Source: Eledone cirrhosa
Lineage: Eukaryota
DNA: 64,000 bases
Direction: 5' to 3'
Assembly: GCA_964016885.1 (NCBI GenBank)
Contig: OZ024740.1
Coordinates: 100,502,001 to 100,566,000 of the forward strand
The stretch's first letter is position 1. The number at the start of each line of letters is the position of its first letter. The notes beneath the pieces were generated by a model that saw only the letters and a list, made by a program, of their open reading frames with translations, searched no databases and had not been told where the DNA came from. Below, piece by piece: positions 49,740-61,994 of this stretch. The translations under genes and the position numbers were made by a program.

Positions 49740-50124
49740 ATATACACACACAGACATACACACACATATATATGTATATATATATTATACTATAACTGCT
49801 GATGGAGCCATCGGGGCATTGACATACAGTGTTTCTTGAGCATTGTAAAGCCTGGTGGAGCCCATCTCCTCTCCAGGTCTAAACACAGCAGATTTCTTTC
49901 AGAGAAGGATAGAAAGTGAGAGAGAGAGAAAGAGACATAGAAGAAGAATCCACCCTTGCACTAGGCCAGTACTTATTTTATCAACCTCGAAAGGATAAAA
50001 GTCAAAGTGACCTCAGAGGGATTTGAACCGAGAGAGCTGAGAGCCAGAACAACTTCAGCAAAACATTCTATTCAATGTTCTAATGACTCTGACAATTTGC
50101 CACACACACACATATATATATATA

Positions 50125-50440
50125 AACTGTAAAACTAGAAATGTAGTCTATAGCATAAAATGTACAGAGCGTAGTTGCAGAAACATGAAAACGACATACA
50201 TAGGTGAGACAGCTCGAATCATATGAGAAAGAATAGACCAACACTGGGGGGAACTAAAAGGACAAAAAATGGTTCAGTACTATACGAACACGCCAGACAA
50301 AGACATAACGGTAATATAGACAACATAGAAATTAAAATAATATCTAAACATAGAAATGATTCAACAGGTAGGCAAATCACAGAAGCTACTGAGATTGAGC
50401 TTAGAAGACCAAAGTTAAACAGAAAAAATGAATGGAATAA
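50125..50440 (+). pseudogene. Penelope-like GIY-YIG endonuclease fragment
   Basis: NCKTRNVVYSIKC...TYIGETAR, then (frameshifted) SVLYEHARQRH...RQITEATEIELRRPKLN. Confidence 0.85.
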
Positions 50441-50736
50441 CAACAACAACTATACCCAAACAAACAATACTGACTTAAGGGAAATATAAATAAATAAATA
50501 AATAAATGAATAAATATATACACAGGTACAATAACAACAAACATATTAACACACACTAGTAAACAAAGATAGAATACAAAAACAAAAACACATATATTCA
50601 AACGCAAACACACACACCAAACATTATAAACACATGCAAACGCATATGCAGAGACAAGAATAAATAAATAAAAAATAAATAAATAGAATAAAATGAAAAT
50701 GGTGTAGATATTACAATACAACAGGAGGAAACATAA

Positions 50737-50790
50737 TAGTACCACTGATGATGCTGCAGATGTGCAACGAAAGAAATTTGATAGACTATA
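50737..50790 (+). ncRNA. Degenerate hammerhead-like motif downstream of the Penelope fragment
   Basis: ACCA-CTGATGA-TGC-TGCA(GATG)TGCA-AC-GAAA; stems I and III imperfect. Confidence 0.5.
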
Positions 50791-51192
50791 TATATATATA
50801 TTTATATCTGTATTTTTAACCGTTGGTCAATCAATGGTAAACGTTGATTGCCAAATAAATTAACTATGGAGATATAAAAGATACAGAAGCGAAAACCAAC
50901 TAAACAGTGAGTGTGTTCTGTTATTATTTCTGGCAATATTATTACAACAATATGACCCTCCCTTATATATATATATATATGTATGTGTTTATTTATTTTC
51001 TTCTTGCATTTCCTCATATTAACCCCCTCCATATACCCATATCTCGCTCCACGTCCTCTTCTTCTTTAAATTTAAGTTTATCATGTTATTATTTGTGGTA
51101 TATAAATGTTGAGATTTGTTGTAATAAATCACTGCCAATACTAGAATTGAACTTTCAAGACCGTTGAGATATGTCATACATCAATTCATGTA

Positions 51193-51254
51193 TTTTATCT
51201 GACGAGGACGTACTGAAAAAACAGCACAGTACCTTTGAAATATATATAATAAAA
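51193..51254 (+). ncRNA. Type I hammerhead-ribozyme-like motif
   Basis: Stem I TTTTAT/ATAAAA, CTGACGA, stem II GTACTG/CAGTAC, GAAA, palindromic TATATA stem III, UA cleavage-site dinucleotide; base of stem II decayed. Confidence 0.6.
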
Positions 51255-51304
51255 CATATATTTTGATTATGTGAATGTCTTCATTTATTATTATTATGAA
51301 TAAA

Positions 51305-51305
<1 letters not shown>

Positions 51306-51366
<61 letters not shown>
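51306..51366. repeat. (TA)n microsatellite
   Basis: Seen directly; further (TA)/(TG) tract at 52150-52358 and (ATC/ACC) tract at 52370-52760. Confidence 0.95.
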
Positions 51367-51370
<4 letters not shown>

Positions 51371-52227
51371 ACTATTTTCTTTTCCTTTACCAGTTACAGT
51401 CATTTGACTGAAGCACCACCTTCAAGAGTTTAGTTCACCAAATTATTCCCACCACTTATTTTTAATCCCTTTGATACTACCAAACCTCAAACTGCCCTTC
51501 TTTTCATGATAGATAACTATTTACTGTAAAGTGTATATATTTATCAAAAAATTTTCCATCATAATTTTATGTAAAAAACTTTGTTAATATGGCTTCAAAA
51601 TACTAGCTAAATAATGAGAAAGTTAGTTATGCCACTAAGTTCATATAAATGTTTAACTAATTTCAAAATTATTTGAAAATCTTATGCATTGTCTTTCATC
51701 AAATATATGGTAACAAAGTGTTATGTCTGGTTCTTGCACAACTGAAAAAAAATATGTGATAGTGGTGGTGTTGAAGTTGCTAGGATATTAGTAGCACTGG
51801 TGAGGATAGTGGTGTAGATAGTGGTGGATGGTTCTCCTTCAACAAATGCATATACAAATAGATGCGTACACACATACATACTCATATATACACATATACA
51901 GGCTTGCATAAATACATTCATACATTCATACAGACTTGCACATATATACACACATATACAAAATAAGTGCATACACATTACATACATACATGCTTATATA
52001 AATATAGTGTCATACATACTCAAAAATACACATAAACACACGCATACACACAAATAAGGTGACCAATAGAACTGTTTGGAATATATAAAGTTGAAATATT
52101 TGATGTTTGTTCATTGACATGTGAAGATAAAATGTAATGAATAATTAGTATACATGTGAGTGTATGTGTATGTATGTGTTATGTATGTATACATGTATGT
52201 AAGTATATGTGTATATGTATATATATA

Positions 52228-52290
<63 letters not shown>

Positions 52291-52313
52291 ATATATATAT
52301 ACATATATATATG

Positions 52314-52346
<33 letters not shown>

Positions 52347-52818
52347 ATACATATATACGTAGGAAACAGCCATCATCTTGATTATCATCATCATAATCTG
52401 CATAGTTGTGTGTATACCTTTCCGCCTCATTCTCCACCTTATCATCATTACTTTCAAACCCTCCAGGACTACCAATAAAACTGTTACCTTCTCATTATTA
52501 TCACCTATAATTACCAATACTATCACCAACCCCACCATCACCATCATCATGACCACCATCACATTACAATGACCAGCATCACCAACATCCTCATCATCAC
52601 CTTCATCTCAGCGATCACCATCATCATCCCCAACAATATCACCATAACCATAACCATCACCAACACATCATCATTGACAACACTATTGACATCACCATCA
52701 CCATTACCATTGAAATTACCATCACCATCACCATCGACATCAACATCACTTTCAATATCTCCATCCCTCTCTCCCTCTTCTCTTTTTTGATGAAGGTCTA
52801 TTTATATTTCTGTCCTTC

Positions 52819-53206
52819 TGGCAGTATTGGTAGAGGGTCGGACGTCATGCTTTAACGCATAGAGTTACGGCCCTTGCCATTCTGAGTTCAAATCCTGTCA
52901 AGGTTAACTTTGCCTTTCATCCTTACGGGGTCGATAAAATAAAGTACCAGTAATGTACTGAGTAATTGCTGGCCTTGTGCCTAACATAGAAACAATTATT
53001 ATTTGTACAACTTATTGGCGGTGGATTGGCAGTATCGGTGGATGGTCGGACGCAATGCTTACCAGCATAGTTACGTCCCTTTACGATCTGAGTTCAAATC
53101 CCGCCGAGGTTGACTTTGCCTTTCATCCTTACGGGGTCGATAAAATAAAGTACCAGTAATGCACTGGGTAATTTCTGGCCTTGTGCCTAATGTAGAAACA
53201 ATTATC
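52819..53206 (+). mobile_element. Two tandem ATT-tailed SINEs (52819-53000, 53017-53206)
   Basis: Second copy is flanked by a degenerate TSD ATTATTATTTGTACAACTT / ATTATCATTTGTTCAACTT that starts in the first copy's tail. Confidence 0.88.
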
Positions 53207-53640
53207 ATTTGTTCAACTTGTCTGCACCATACCTTGTGGTTAGACTTTTTATTATTTCTTTACGTATAATTTTGCTCTCCTAGTTGAAAGACATTTACTT
53301 GTTTTTCTCATGTCTTTCTGATGGCTTGTTTTAATCCATTATGCAACCTGGGCTCAGTATTTTGCAATACCACCCTTGTGCATGAAATTACATTGCCCAT
53401 GGGGTGGCTGATGAGTACAATAGATGCTTTTGTTCATTTTCCCCAATAACTTACAGGCATTAAATGATGAATGATGATATGCATCTAGTGCTCAAGTTGG
53501 TGAACCAACAGTAACATAAGTTTACAACACATTAAGCTATATATATATATGGCAACATGAATGGACCTGTTATTTTTCTCTAAAAACATTTTTTCCCATT
53601 CCACCCCTCCCGTCCCTTCAATCTTTCTAATTTCTCATTC

Positions 53641-53682
53641 CCTATTCTGATGAAGGACTAGTGTCCAAAATGTTAAGACCCC
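53641..53682 (+). ncRNA. Decayed hammerhead-like motif
   Basis: CTGATGA-A-GGAC(TAGT)GTCC-AAAA-TGTTAAG; GAAA appears mutated to AAAA at a CpG. Confidence 0.4.
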
Positions 53683-54584
53683 CTTCATGTTATTTCAAGC
53701 ATTAACCTAATATATTCCTTCCATATACTATACCAATTGTGTTGTTATTTCTGTTTACTTTTTACATACATATATATATATGTGTGTTTCATCGTTTAAC
53801 ATCTGTTTTCTCTACTTACTCCCTCAGAAAATAATGTGTAGAACACACATATACCTTTTAAATTATGTCTAATTGACAAATTCTTCTATTAAATCTTTCT
53901 CTATTTGGATATTCTCGTCTTCAACAAGAATACCCATTGAAATATTTCAGCAAGGCTGTTTCAATGCTTCTGTCCATTTAAATTGATTGTCTCTTCTGAT
54001 AATGTTTTTCTTAGTAATGTAGAATATAATTATGAGATACAATTATTATGCTGTGCATAATACTGCTTAATTTGAAAATGCAAACTGTTGGTGTGTATTT
54101 AGAAAACAATACAGATATTCCTGTATGAAACTTTGGTCAGATAGTTTACATAGTGAAAATTAATTTTTAATTCTTAATTATATGAAGGAAACACGAAACA
54201 CAGAATAGAATCAAATAGAACTCAAACAGAAAAGGATATTATACAATAGAAAAGTTGTCTAGTTTCTTCAATAGAACTCAAGATTAGTCATTTATTAGTA
54301 AGCCTCTCAGTCTTATAAGTTCTTCCATTTTCTCTCACCCACTCTCTCTCTCTCCTTCCCTCTCTCTCCCTCTCACTCATAAACATGTGTTGCTATCATC
54401 ATCATTTTATATCATTTATTATCACCATTATCATCATCATTTTCCAATCACTTTCCCTGCTGGCATAGGTTAAGGAGTTTATGACCAGCAGTTCACTGGA
54501 ACACTTATATGCCTATGACCTAGTTTTAGATGGAATATCTGAAGTAAATTTAGAGGAGAAATTTCAGAAACAGAAAAGCAAAAC

Positions 54585-55440
54585 TTTTAATCAAAATGCC
54601 TTAATCTAAACTTAATGAAATTTAAAGTTTTAGGAAGTAGAAAAGAAAACAGGACCCTCATACCCTCAGGGAAATGACTATGCTTGATAAGTATAAATGC
54701 ATATGGTGTTCCCAGTGTAAAATATGGATGCACAAGGGATCTAGTGAGATCACAGATATGCTTACAGGGAAGGTTGACTTTGTATGTGTAAAACATAAAA
54801 TTGGTGTAAGCACTAGAAGCACACATGAAATAGATTGGTTCAAATTCTCCAACGACTTTCTAAAAGTAGTTGATAGCTTTTGTTACCTCGAGATTTAATT
54901 TGCAATGGAGATGAAAGCATAGTACCTACAGTTGCTATAGTAGTTACAGTAAAAAGGGAATGAAAACTTCAGGGAAATATTATTGTTGTTGGAAACAAAT
55001 ATTTTTCTCTCTCAGAACAAAGGGCAACTTGTAAAATTGGAATTTTTATGAAATTCAATGTTTTATGATAGCAGCACATTACACAGAAATGCTGAGAATG
55101 TACAAATATGGGAAAGGAATGTCCCACTGGACATAAACACTGGAGTATAAATGAGCTGAGAGAAAAAAGGATATAAGAGAAATCAGATATAGTGTGTGGA
55201 AGATGAGAGTGCACTAGTAGAGGCTTATGATACATATGGGTGATGACAGTTGTATATAGATGATCAAGGCACTTAAATTAGATGAAGCCTCTGAAAGAAG
55301 GAAACATGGGAAGATATGGTGTGAAGTGGTGAAGACTGATCTCAGGATTCTGCTTCTCACACAGTACATGACAAAAGAGCATAGTGATTGGTGATGTGTA
55401 AGTGCTGGAGAACACCCACTCTCCACTGCATGCAAGGTGA
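54585..55440 (+). mobile_element. Old decayed RTE 3' part
   Basis: RKENRTLIPSGK, CSQCKIWMHK, VVDSFCYL homologous to the young RTE. Confidence 0.7.
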
Positions 55441-56261
55441 AACAAATGTTAGAAAGCTGAATGAAAGTGATGGGCACTGGAAGTTATAATATATCTTTAC
55501 ACATTCATATATACTTACCTACATACACACATACATGATGGCTGCAAACTCTGCTAAGAGTACTACAATCACTTGTCAGATTATAGAGTTTGGTGCACTT
55601 TTAGGCTACGGCCAGTCACACAAAACTGTAATATATCCTGAACAAGCAATGCCTGTGCTTTGAAAGGTTTTTTAAGTGGGGAAAGGCCTTACACTCGACC
55701 AATCCCACTCTCTGAGCATCGAAAACACTACCCGAAAAGGAAAACTGGTCAACATCATCGGATGCTGCCGAAGCCGCAGGGTTTTTTCAGAGTTTCCCTC
55801 TCCTAGAAAGGTGTTGACAACAACTAGGGAGGGGCCTTTCACTCCCAGGTGGAAAAAAAAAGTACTATTTGGATGGCCATTGACTCTACGGACTTCTTTC
55901 GCCCTTTGCCATGTATTGTATTTCATCCCGCAGGGTGTCCAAATATCACCCCCCCCCTCACCAAGCAAGCTTGATGGGGTTGCCAGTTTAGTCGCTGACA
56001 CCCGTTCATGAAACAGGTTGTATTAGGTTACATGTTACCAGTAGTACTCAAGAGTGACCTGACATACATACATGCATGCAAACATACATACATGCATACA
56101 TTGTTTAGCGTTCGTCGTGAGCAATTGCACATAACCCTTCCACTTCACCCCTCCTCTCTGTTCTGTGACACCAGAATTCTTAACATCCCCTCCCCTCACC
56201 ATTCTTTTCCTATTCATTTTTCTTTTGTTTCCTTTTCTTCTTTATTATTGTTATTATTATT

Positions 56262-57190
56262 TGAATGTCTTCAGGCGCTCACAGCCTTCGACCAGTCGGG
56301 TAATGTGATCGGTGGAAACTCCACCTTGGCGTACTATAGAGGATTAGTGGAGGGGAAGAGTGACGACATACTAGGCATCAACGAAAATCAACTAGCCAAT
56401 CTCTTCGGAAGATCTTTCGGGCTGGGGCCTATGGACAATTTCCAGAAATCTCTGGCCTGGCAGTGCTACCGAGGAGCTTTGCCAGTTCGGGATAAACTCT
56501 ACAGGCATGGAAGTGCTGTCAGCCGGGCATGTCTGACATGCATGCAGGGTGACAAAACCGTCCTGCATGCACTCGTCCAGTGTCCGAGCATTGCTGACTT
56601 GTGGGTTTATGTCGAACACCTGCTGTTGCGTGTAGAACGGATCCAGCTATCAGCTGAGTCCATCATGAGGATTGCCCTGCCCTCTTCCTAGAGCCAGGAA
56701 GGGCAGGTAGTTTTTATCTGTCTGGTGGCCATGGCGAAAGAGATAGTATGGTGGACGCATCTGAAAGGGCTGAAGAAAAGCACTTACCTCTTCGGTGATG
56801 CCCTGATTAACTTTTTCAAATTTCATTTGAAAAGGAAAATCAGGCTAGAGAGGGAAGTGCTCTCTTCCCAGCATTTTGTTGAAAGATGAGTGAGAGAGGC
56901 AAGAATGGCCTGAGTAAATGGGCCTACTCTGAGTATGTGCCTGTATATTAAAGGTGGAAAACTGGGAGAGGGCACTTGCCTTGGTGGTAAGGGTCACCGT
57001 GGCTTTTTTAATGGGCTTTCTCCACGATGGCCCTTGGAAGTCTCCCCCCTATTGGGGAATTTTTCATTGTTCTTTTTTTGTTACATCCTCTGTTTCTGTT
57101 TTTTTTACATGCAGAAATGCCCATTTGTACCGTCCTGTATTGTCCTTAATGTCTTAATTTGTGTAAACCCTTGTGGTTAATAAAGAAAGC
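56262..57190 (+). mobile_element. 5'-truncated Tx1 subfamily A copy, outside the main cluster, again in (ATT)n
   Basis: Matches 9028-9969; TTATTATTGTTATTATTATT upstream and (ATT)n 57191-57226 downstream. Confidence 0.93.
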
Positions 57191-57198
57191 ATTATAAC

Positions 57199-57229
<31 letters not shown>

Positions 57230-57230
<1 letters not shown>

Positions 57231-57629
57231 GCGGTGGATTGGCAGTATCGGTAGAGGGTTGGACGCCATGCTTTCCAGCATAGTTATGTCCCTTTACGAT
57301 CTGAGTTCAAATCCTGCCGAGATTGACTTTGCCTTTCATCCTTACGGGGTCGATAAAATAAAGTACCAGTAATGCACTGGGTAATTGCTGGCCTTGTGCC
57401 TAAAGTAGAAACAATTATTATTATTATTATCGGCGGGGTATTGGCAGTATCGGTAGAGGGTCGGACGCCATGCTTTGACACACAGAGTTACGACCCTTGC
57501 CATTCTGAGTTCAAATCCCGCCAAAGTTAACTTTGCCTTTCATCCTTACGGGGTCGATAAAATAAAGTACCAGTAATACACTGGGTAATTGCTGGCCTTG
57601 TGCCAAAAGTAGAAACAATTATTATTATT
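57230..57629 (+). mobile_element. Two tandem ATT-tailed SINEs (57230-57430, 57432-57629) in the Tx1 ATT tail
   Basis: Each begins GGCGG just after ATT repeats and ends AGAAACA(ATT)n. Confidence 0.92.
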
Positions 57630-57779
57630 GTTGTTGTAATTAAAGCCTATATTATTTGATGAATACTATCTCCCACGTGTTGAATAACTGGATATTCTTC
57701 TTGATGACACCTTTTATTCAAAATTGTAGAGATATGCATCTAAATGATGATGGCAGCTACCTCATGTTGAAGTAGAGAT

Positions 57780-58475
57780 ATTGCTTAACATTTTCAAACA
57801 CACTTTTGCATGTGTGTAGCATGGAAGTGATTATTTAGGCCAGGAAGAGTCATACATTCTCTGGCACAATGTTACAGACATGGTCTTTGATAACAAGAGT
57901 CAATGGCTGGTTACTGTGTAATTGTATGTGCTGTCTCAAGCCTCCTACTGATTGGCAGACTTTACTACATTGATGGCAGATACCATATGCAACAACGAAA
58001 TCTGCATCAGCCCTTTTTACATGGCTCCTTTTGTGAGTCTTTAATTCAGCTTTGCTGAGGCAGACTCTCCCACACTCATTGCATGCCAGCTCTCCTTGGT
58101 CTCTCAAGCATCCTGGCAATTACACTTTCAAGCCCTTCTTCACATCCTCTTTAACTTTTCAAAATTTCTTGGGGCTGTTTCAATGTGTTCTTGCCCTTCA
58201 CATACAGCTTCTCTCCACAGAGTTCAATCGCTGGCAGTTTGTTCCCATCGAATATACTAGCTCTCATCAGAGATGTCTTTACAGTCCTTGAACCTCATTG
58301 TAGATTTATGGGGTGGACGTTTGCCATCCCTCAGGTGACCATAAAGGAATTTTGGGGGTAATCTACAATCCTACATTCTCACCACATGTCTTACCCATCG
58401 AAGACAATGATGCAAGATAATTGACTCAATACTCTGACAGTGACATCTTTCGAAGACCTCAACATCACTCACATT
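57780..58475 (-). mobile_element. Decayed RTE/BovB-like LINE 3' region with C2H2 zinc fingers
   Basis: SIESIILHHCLRWVRHVVRM, LYG..DGKRP, CNECGRVCLSKAELKTHKRSH, CHQCSKVC..LRQHIQLH. Confidence 0.65.
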
Positions 58476-58589
58476 ACATCCTCCAGTGTAGAAATTCATA
58501 CATACATGCATCAGGGGTGAAGGGTGCATGTATGCAACGCATGCAGTGCATGCGTTATAGAAGCTTGAGTTGATCAATTGCATCGGTTG

Positions 58590-58742
58590 AAGCAAGCAGA
58601 ATTTTGGCTGCTTACTAAAACGTATAGACACAAAAAAAGATAACACACACACACATACACACAAACACACGACAGCTTTGGGGCAAGCAGAATTTTGACT
58701 GCTTACTAAATCGTAGACATAAAAAGATAACACACACACTCA
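58590..58742. repeat. Tandem direct repeat of ~60-bp unit ending in (CA)n
   Basis: GCAAGCAGAATTTTGRCTGCTTACTAAA..CGTA..GACA..AAAAGATAACACAC at ~58592 and ~58683. Confidence 0.8.
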
Positions 58743-59145
58743 CACTAGATAACACTACATGCGGCTTTGGCCGGGAGCGTCATTTAGAGGGAATTAGGGG
58801 GGTGGGGTGGCTGCACAGCCCCACTTTCGGCCATGGCGATTGGACTGCATGCCCTGTTTGCCAGGTTACCCTTCACCACTGACAAGCATGTATATGTGTG
58901 TCTGTGTCTATGGGTGCATATATAATTCCTTGTTTTTATCATTACTAGTTCTCTTAAGCTTCTCAGATCAATCCATTTTATTAATGATTATCAATTTCCT
59001 CATGTCTCTAACAAAAGTCTATATAAAGTTAAAATGAAAACCCGTATAGCTTAATCTCCTTTTCTATGAAGCTCATCTCACCTTCTCTCTCTCTCGCTCT
59101 CTCTCTCTCTGTATGTATATATATATATATATATATGTATGTATA

Positions 59146-60450
59146 TCAAGACCGGCTGCCCATGGGAACTTCTACACGCAGATGATCTAACACTCATAGC
59201 TGAATCAATGGCTGAACTAGAGAAGAAATTCCAAACATGGAAGCATGGCCTAGAATCAAAAGGCCTTAAAATTAACCTGTCTAAGACTAAAGTTCTAGTT
59301 TGTAGGAAGGAAAATAGGGCGCCGGTCCCATCTGGGAAATGGCCATGCTCAGTGTGTAGGAAGGAGTAGGTAGAAACTCCATTTTATGTCCCAAATGCAA
59401 AGTATGGGTGCATAAATGGTGTAGTGGGATCACAGGTAAGCTAACTAAGAATATAGATTTTATATGTGGCCAGTGCTCAGGTGCAATAAGTAGCAGCAAG
59501 TGCCCACTAAATACTAGCTCATTCCATTGCACAGATGGTTCTATAGAAATAGCGGACACCTTCCATTACCTGGGTGACAAAATCAGCAGTGGGGGAGGGT
59601 GCTCTTAAAGTACAGTAGCTAGAGTCAGAACGGGATGGAAAAAGTTCAGAGAGCTTATATCACTATTGGCCGCTAAAGGTTTCTCTCTAAAAATGAAAGG
59701 CAGGCTGTATGATGCCTGCATACGGACAGCAATGTTACATGGCAGTGAGATTTGGGCATTGTGTGCACAGGATATACGCATACTGGAGAGGAAGGAAGCT
59801 TGCATTCTCCGCTGGATGTGTAATAGTAATATACGTGAACAGCAAAGCATAAATGAACTAAGGGAGAAATTAGGAATAAGAGGAATCAGATGTTGTTTAC
59901 TCGAGAGAAGACTACGTTGGTATGGTCACGTGATGATCATGAAAGACGACAGCTGTATAAAAAAGTGCAGGGCGATAAAAATAGACGGTAGCCACGGAGT
60001 AGGCAGACCCAGAAAAACCTGGGACGACTTGATAAATTCCGACCTCACACACTTAGACCTCTCCAAGACAATGTCACTGGACTGAGATCTTTGGCGCTAC
60101 ACAGTAATACAGAAGACCCGCCTTGCCTAAGTACAAAGCGAAACCTACAGTCAGTAGGCACCTCTTAACAAAAATACACCCCCGTCCCACTACCCCAACC
60201 CCTTTAGATGTAAAGTTATGTTGGTACCACAACATCCAGTCCAAAATAAATGAGGTCGTGTAGGTGTCACGACAAAAAAATACACAGTCCACGCTGTAAA
60301 CGTGGTTGGTGTTAGGAAGGTCATCCAGCCTTAGAAAACCCGCCAGACAGTCCTATACGAGCAAGACAACCAAACTTGCCTGAAGTGGGAACATTCCTGT
60401 CCAAACCCATGCAAACGTGGAAGATGGACGTTAAACGACGATGATGATTA
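59146..60450 (+). mobile_element. 5'-truncated RTE LINE, sister subfamily, mildly decayed
   Basis: KTGCPWELLHADD, PHD-like finger, FHYLG, RLRWYGHV, 3' UTR and (GAT)n tail. Confidence 0.9.
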
Positions 60451-60824
60451 TATATCCTCATTTCATTTAAAGTCTATTTTTCTATGCTTGCATGGGTTAA
60501 ACAGGCTGTTACATTATGAAACATGTCAGATCCAGAGAGTATGCCATGCTCATACTGATCTGTATATTGGCTTGGTTTCTAAGGCTGGATACCCTTCCTA
60601 AAAACAACCTCGTTACAGTGTGGCTGGATGCTTTGTATCATGACACCAAAACGACCATTCACAGAGTGGACTGGGAGCTTTTTATCATGTCACCAGCATG
60701 ACCACCTTACAGCAAAATGATAACAGAGGTAATAGTGAAACCTTCCTACAAGTTTCAGCACATTTAATGTTTCTCTCCTCCATTATGAAGCTCATTAAAT
60801 GTATATAAGATTAAAATGGAAATA

Positions 60825-61026
60825 TACGAAGGTGGGATGAAAAGTTCATAGGCTGACTTTGAAGCGATGATGGTAGAGCTGTGAAATCTTGCATGCAATA
60901 ATTTCAACACTTCTTATTAATAACTGTTTTGTTTCTTTCCAGGGACTATATTGAAAAATAGACATAATTTGGTCATTCCATGGGGGTATCTTGGCCAGCC
61001 AATGAACATTTCAGCCACCTCTCATA
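60825..61026. mobile_element. Tc1/mariner-type MITE
   Basis: TA-CGAAGGTGGGATGAAAAGTTCATAGGCTG...CAGCCAATGAACATTTCAGCCACCTCTCA-TA. Confidence 0.8.
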
Positions 61027-61515
61027 GATGTATAAATGAAACCTTGTTGAAGGTGTTTAGTACATCTATTGCTTATCTTTTCTGCTATGAAGCTCATCAA
61101 ATGTATATTAGTGTGAAATAAAAACCTTGATAAATATTGCAGTAATACTTATCTAGGTTTTCATTTCGCACAAATGTATTTAGTGATCATCTAAATCTGC
61201 CAGCTTATCAAATGAATATTTGCCACACAATAAATAAATAAATAAATAAATAAATAAAACTCAGCACTTAAAATACTTCTTCAATTCAAAAGATTTATGT
61301 TTTTAAAATCCAATTACATTCATTTGTATTGAATATTAGTTAAACAACTACAAATGATCATATTCAGTTTCTACTGTTGTAATGAATTTTATTTTGTTTA
61401 TTTTGAAAACATCTTTAGCAGCATAGTATATACATGCTATTGAGACACGAGTAACATAATGATGTCAACAGCAGAAATTAGAGATGAAATGTATGTTTAT
61501 TTTTGTTGTAGCACA

Positions 61516-61634
61516 AATAATTGTTTCTACGTTTGGCACAAGGCCAGTAATTACCCAGTGCATTACTGGTACTTTATTTTATCGACCCCGTAAGGTTGAA
61601 AGGCAAAGTTAACCTCGGCGGGATTTGAACTCAG
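61516..61634 (-). mobile_element. 5'-truncated ATT-tailed SINE inside LTR, flanked by ~53-bp direct repeat
   Basis: 61469-61521 is repeated at 61632-61684. Confidence 0.88.
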
Positions 61635-61983
61635 CAGAAATTAGAGGTGAAATGTATGTTTATTTTTGTTGTAGCACAAATAATGTTTGTTAACTTGTAT
61701 GGTTGAAGTTACAAATAAAATGAGGTTACAAAAGGGAATGTGCCATTGTGCCAGGCCCAAGGAAAGCCGGCAGGCCAAAGTGCAAAATCTCACCGTCACA
61801 TGTTGTACGTGTTGCTGGATAGAAGTTCAGGGTGCGAGAGAGAGATTCTTCAAATCTTCTCGGGGAATTTCTTCCTCGGGGCGCGTAGGGATACATCCTC
61901 TTCTACTGGCGCTGATTGGCTGAGCTGAGCCAAATCACGCACAGAGAATGTATGTGAGCCCGCGGAATGTAGGTCACTACAAT

Positions 61984-61994
61984 ACTCCCCCTCT
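61984..61994 (-). promoter_or_regulatory. Polypurine tract
   Basis: Minus strand AGAGGGGGAGT, 2 nt before the TGTAGTG LTR start. Confidence 0.8.

Noticed and set aside
51721-52790. YI/CV/HT-rich ORFs
   Set aside because: Microsatellite translations.
55545-56010. GC-richer segment resembling a LINE 5' UTR
   Set aside because: Could not link it to any coding remnant or second copy within the window.
56008-56691. 227-aa ORF
   Set aside because: Flanking DNA read through an ATT repeat into a truncated Tx1 ORF2.
57850-58119. C2H2 zinc-finger ORF as a host transcription-factor exon
   Set aside because: Lies directly downstream of RTE RT C-terminal motifs on the same strand; better explained as a LINE tail.
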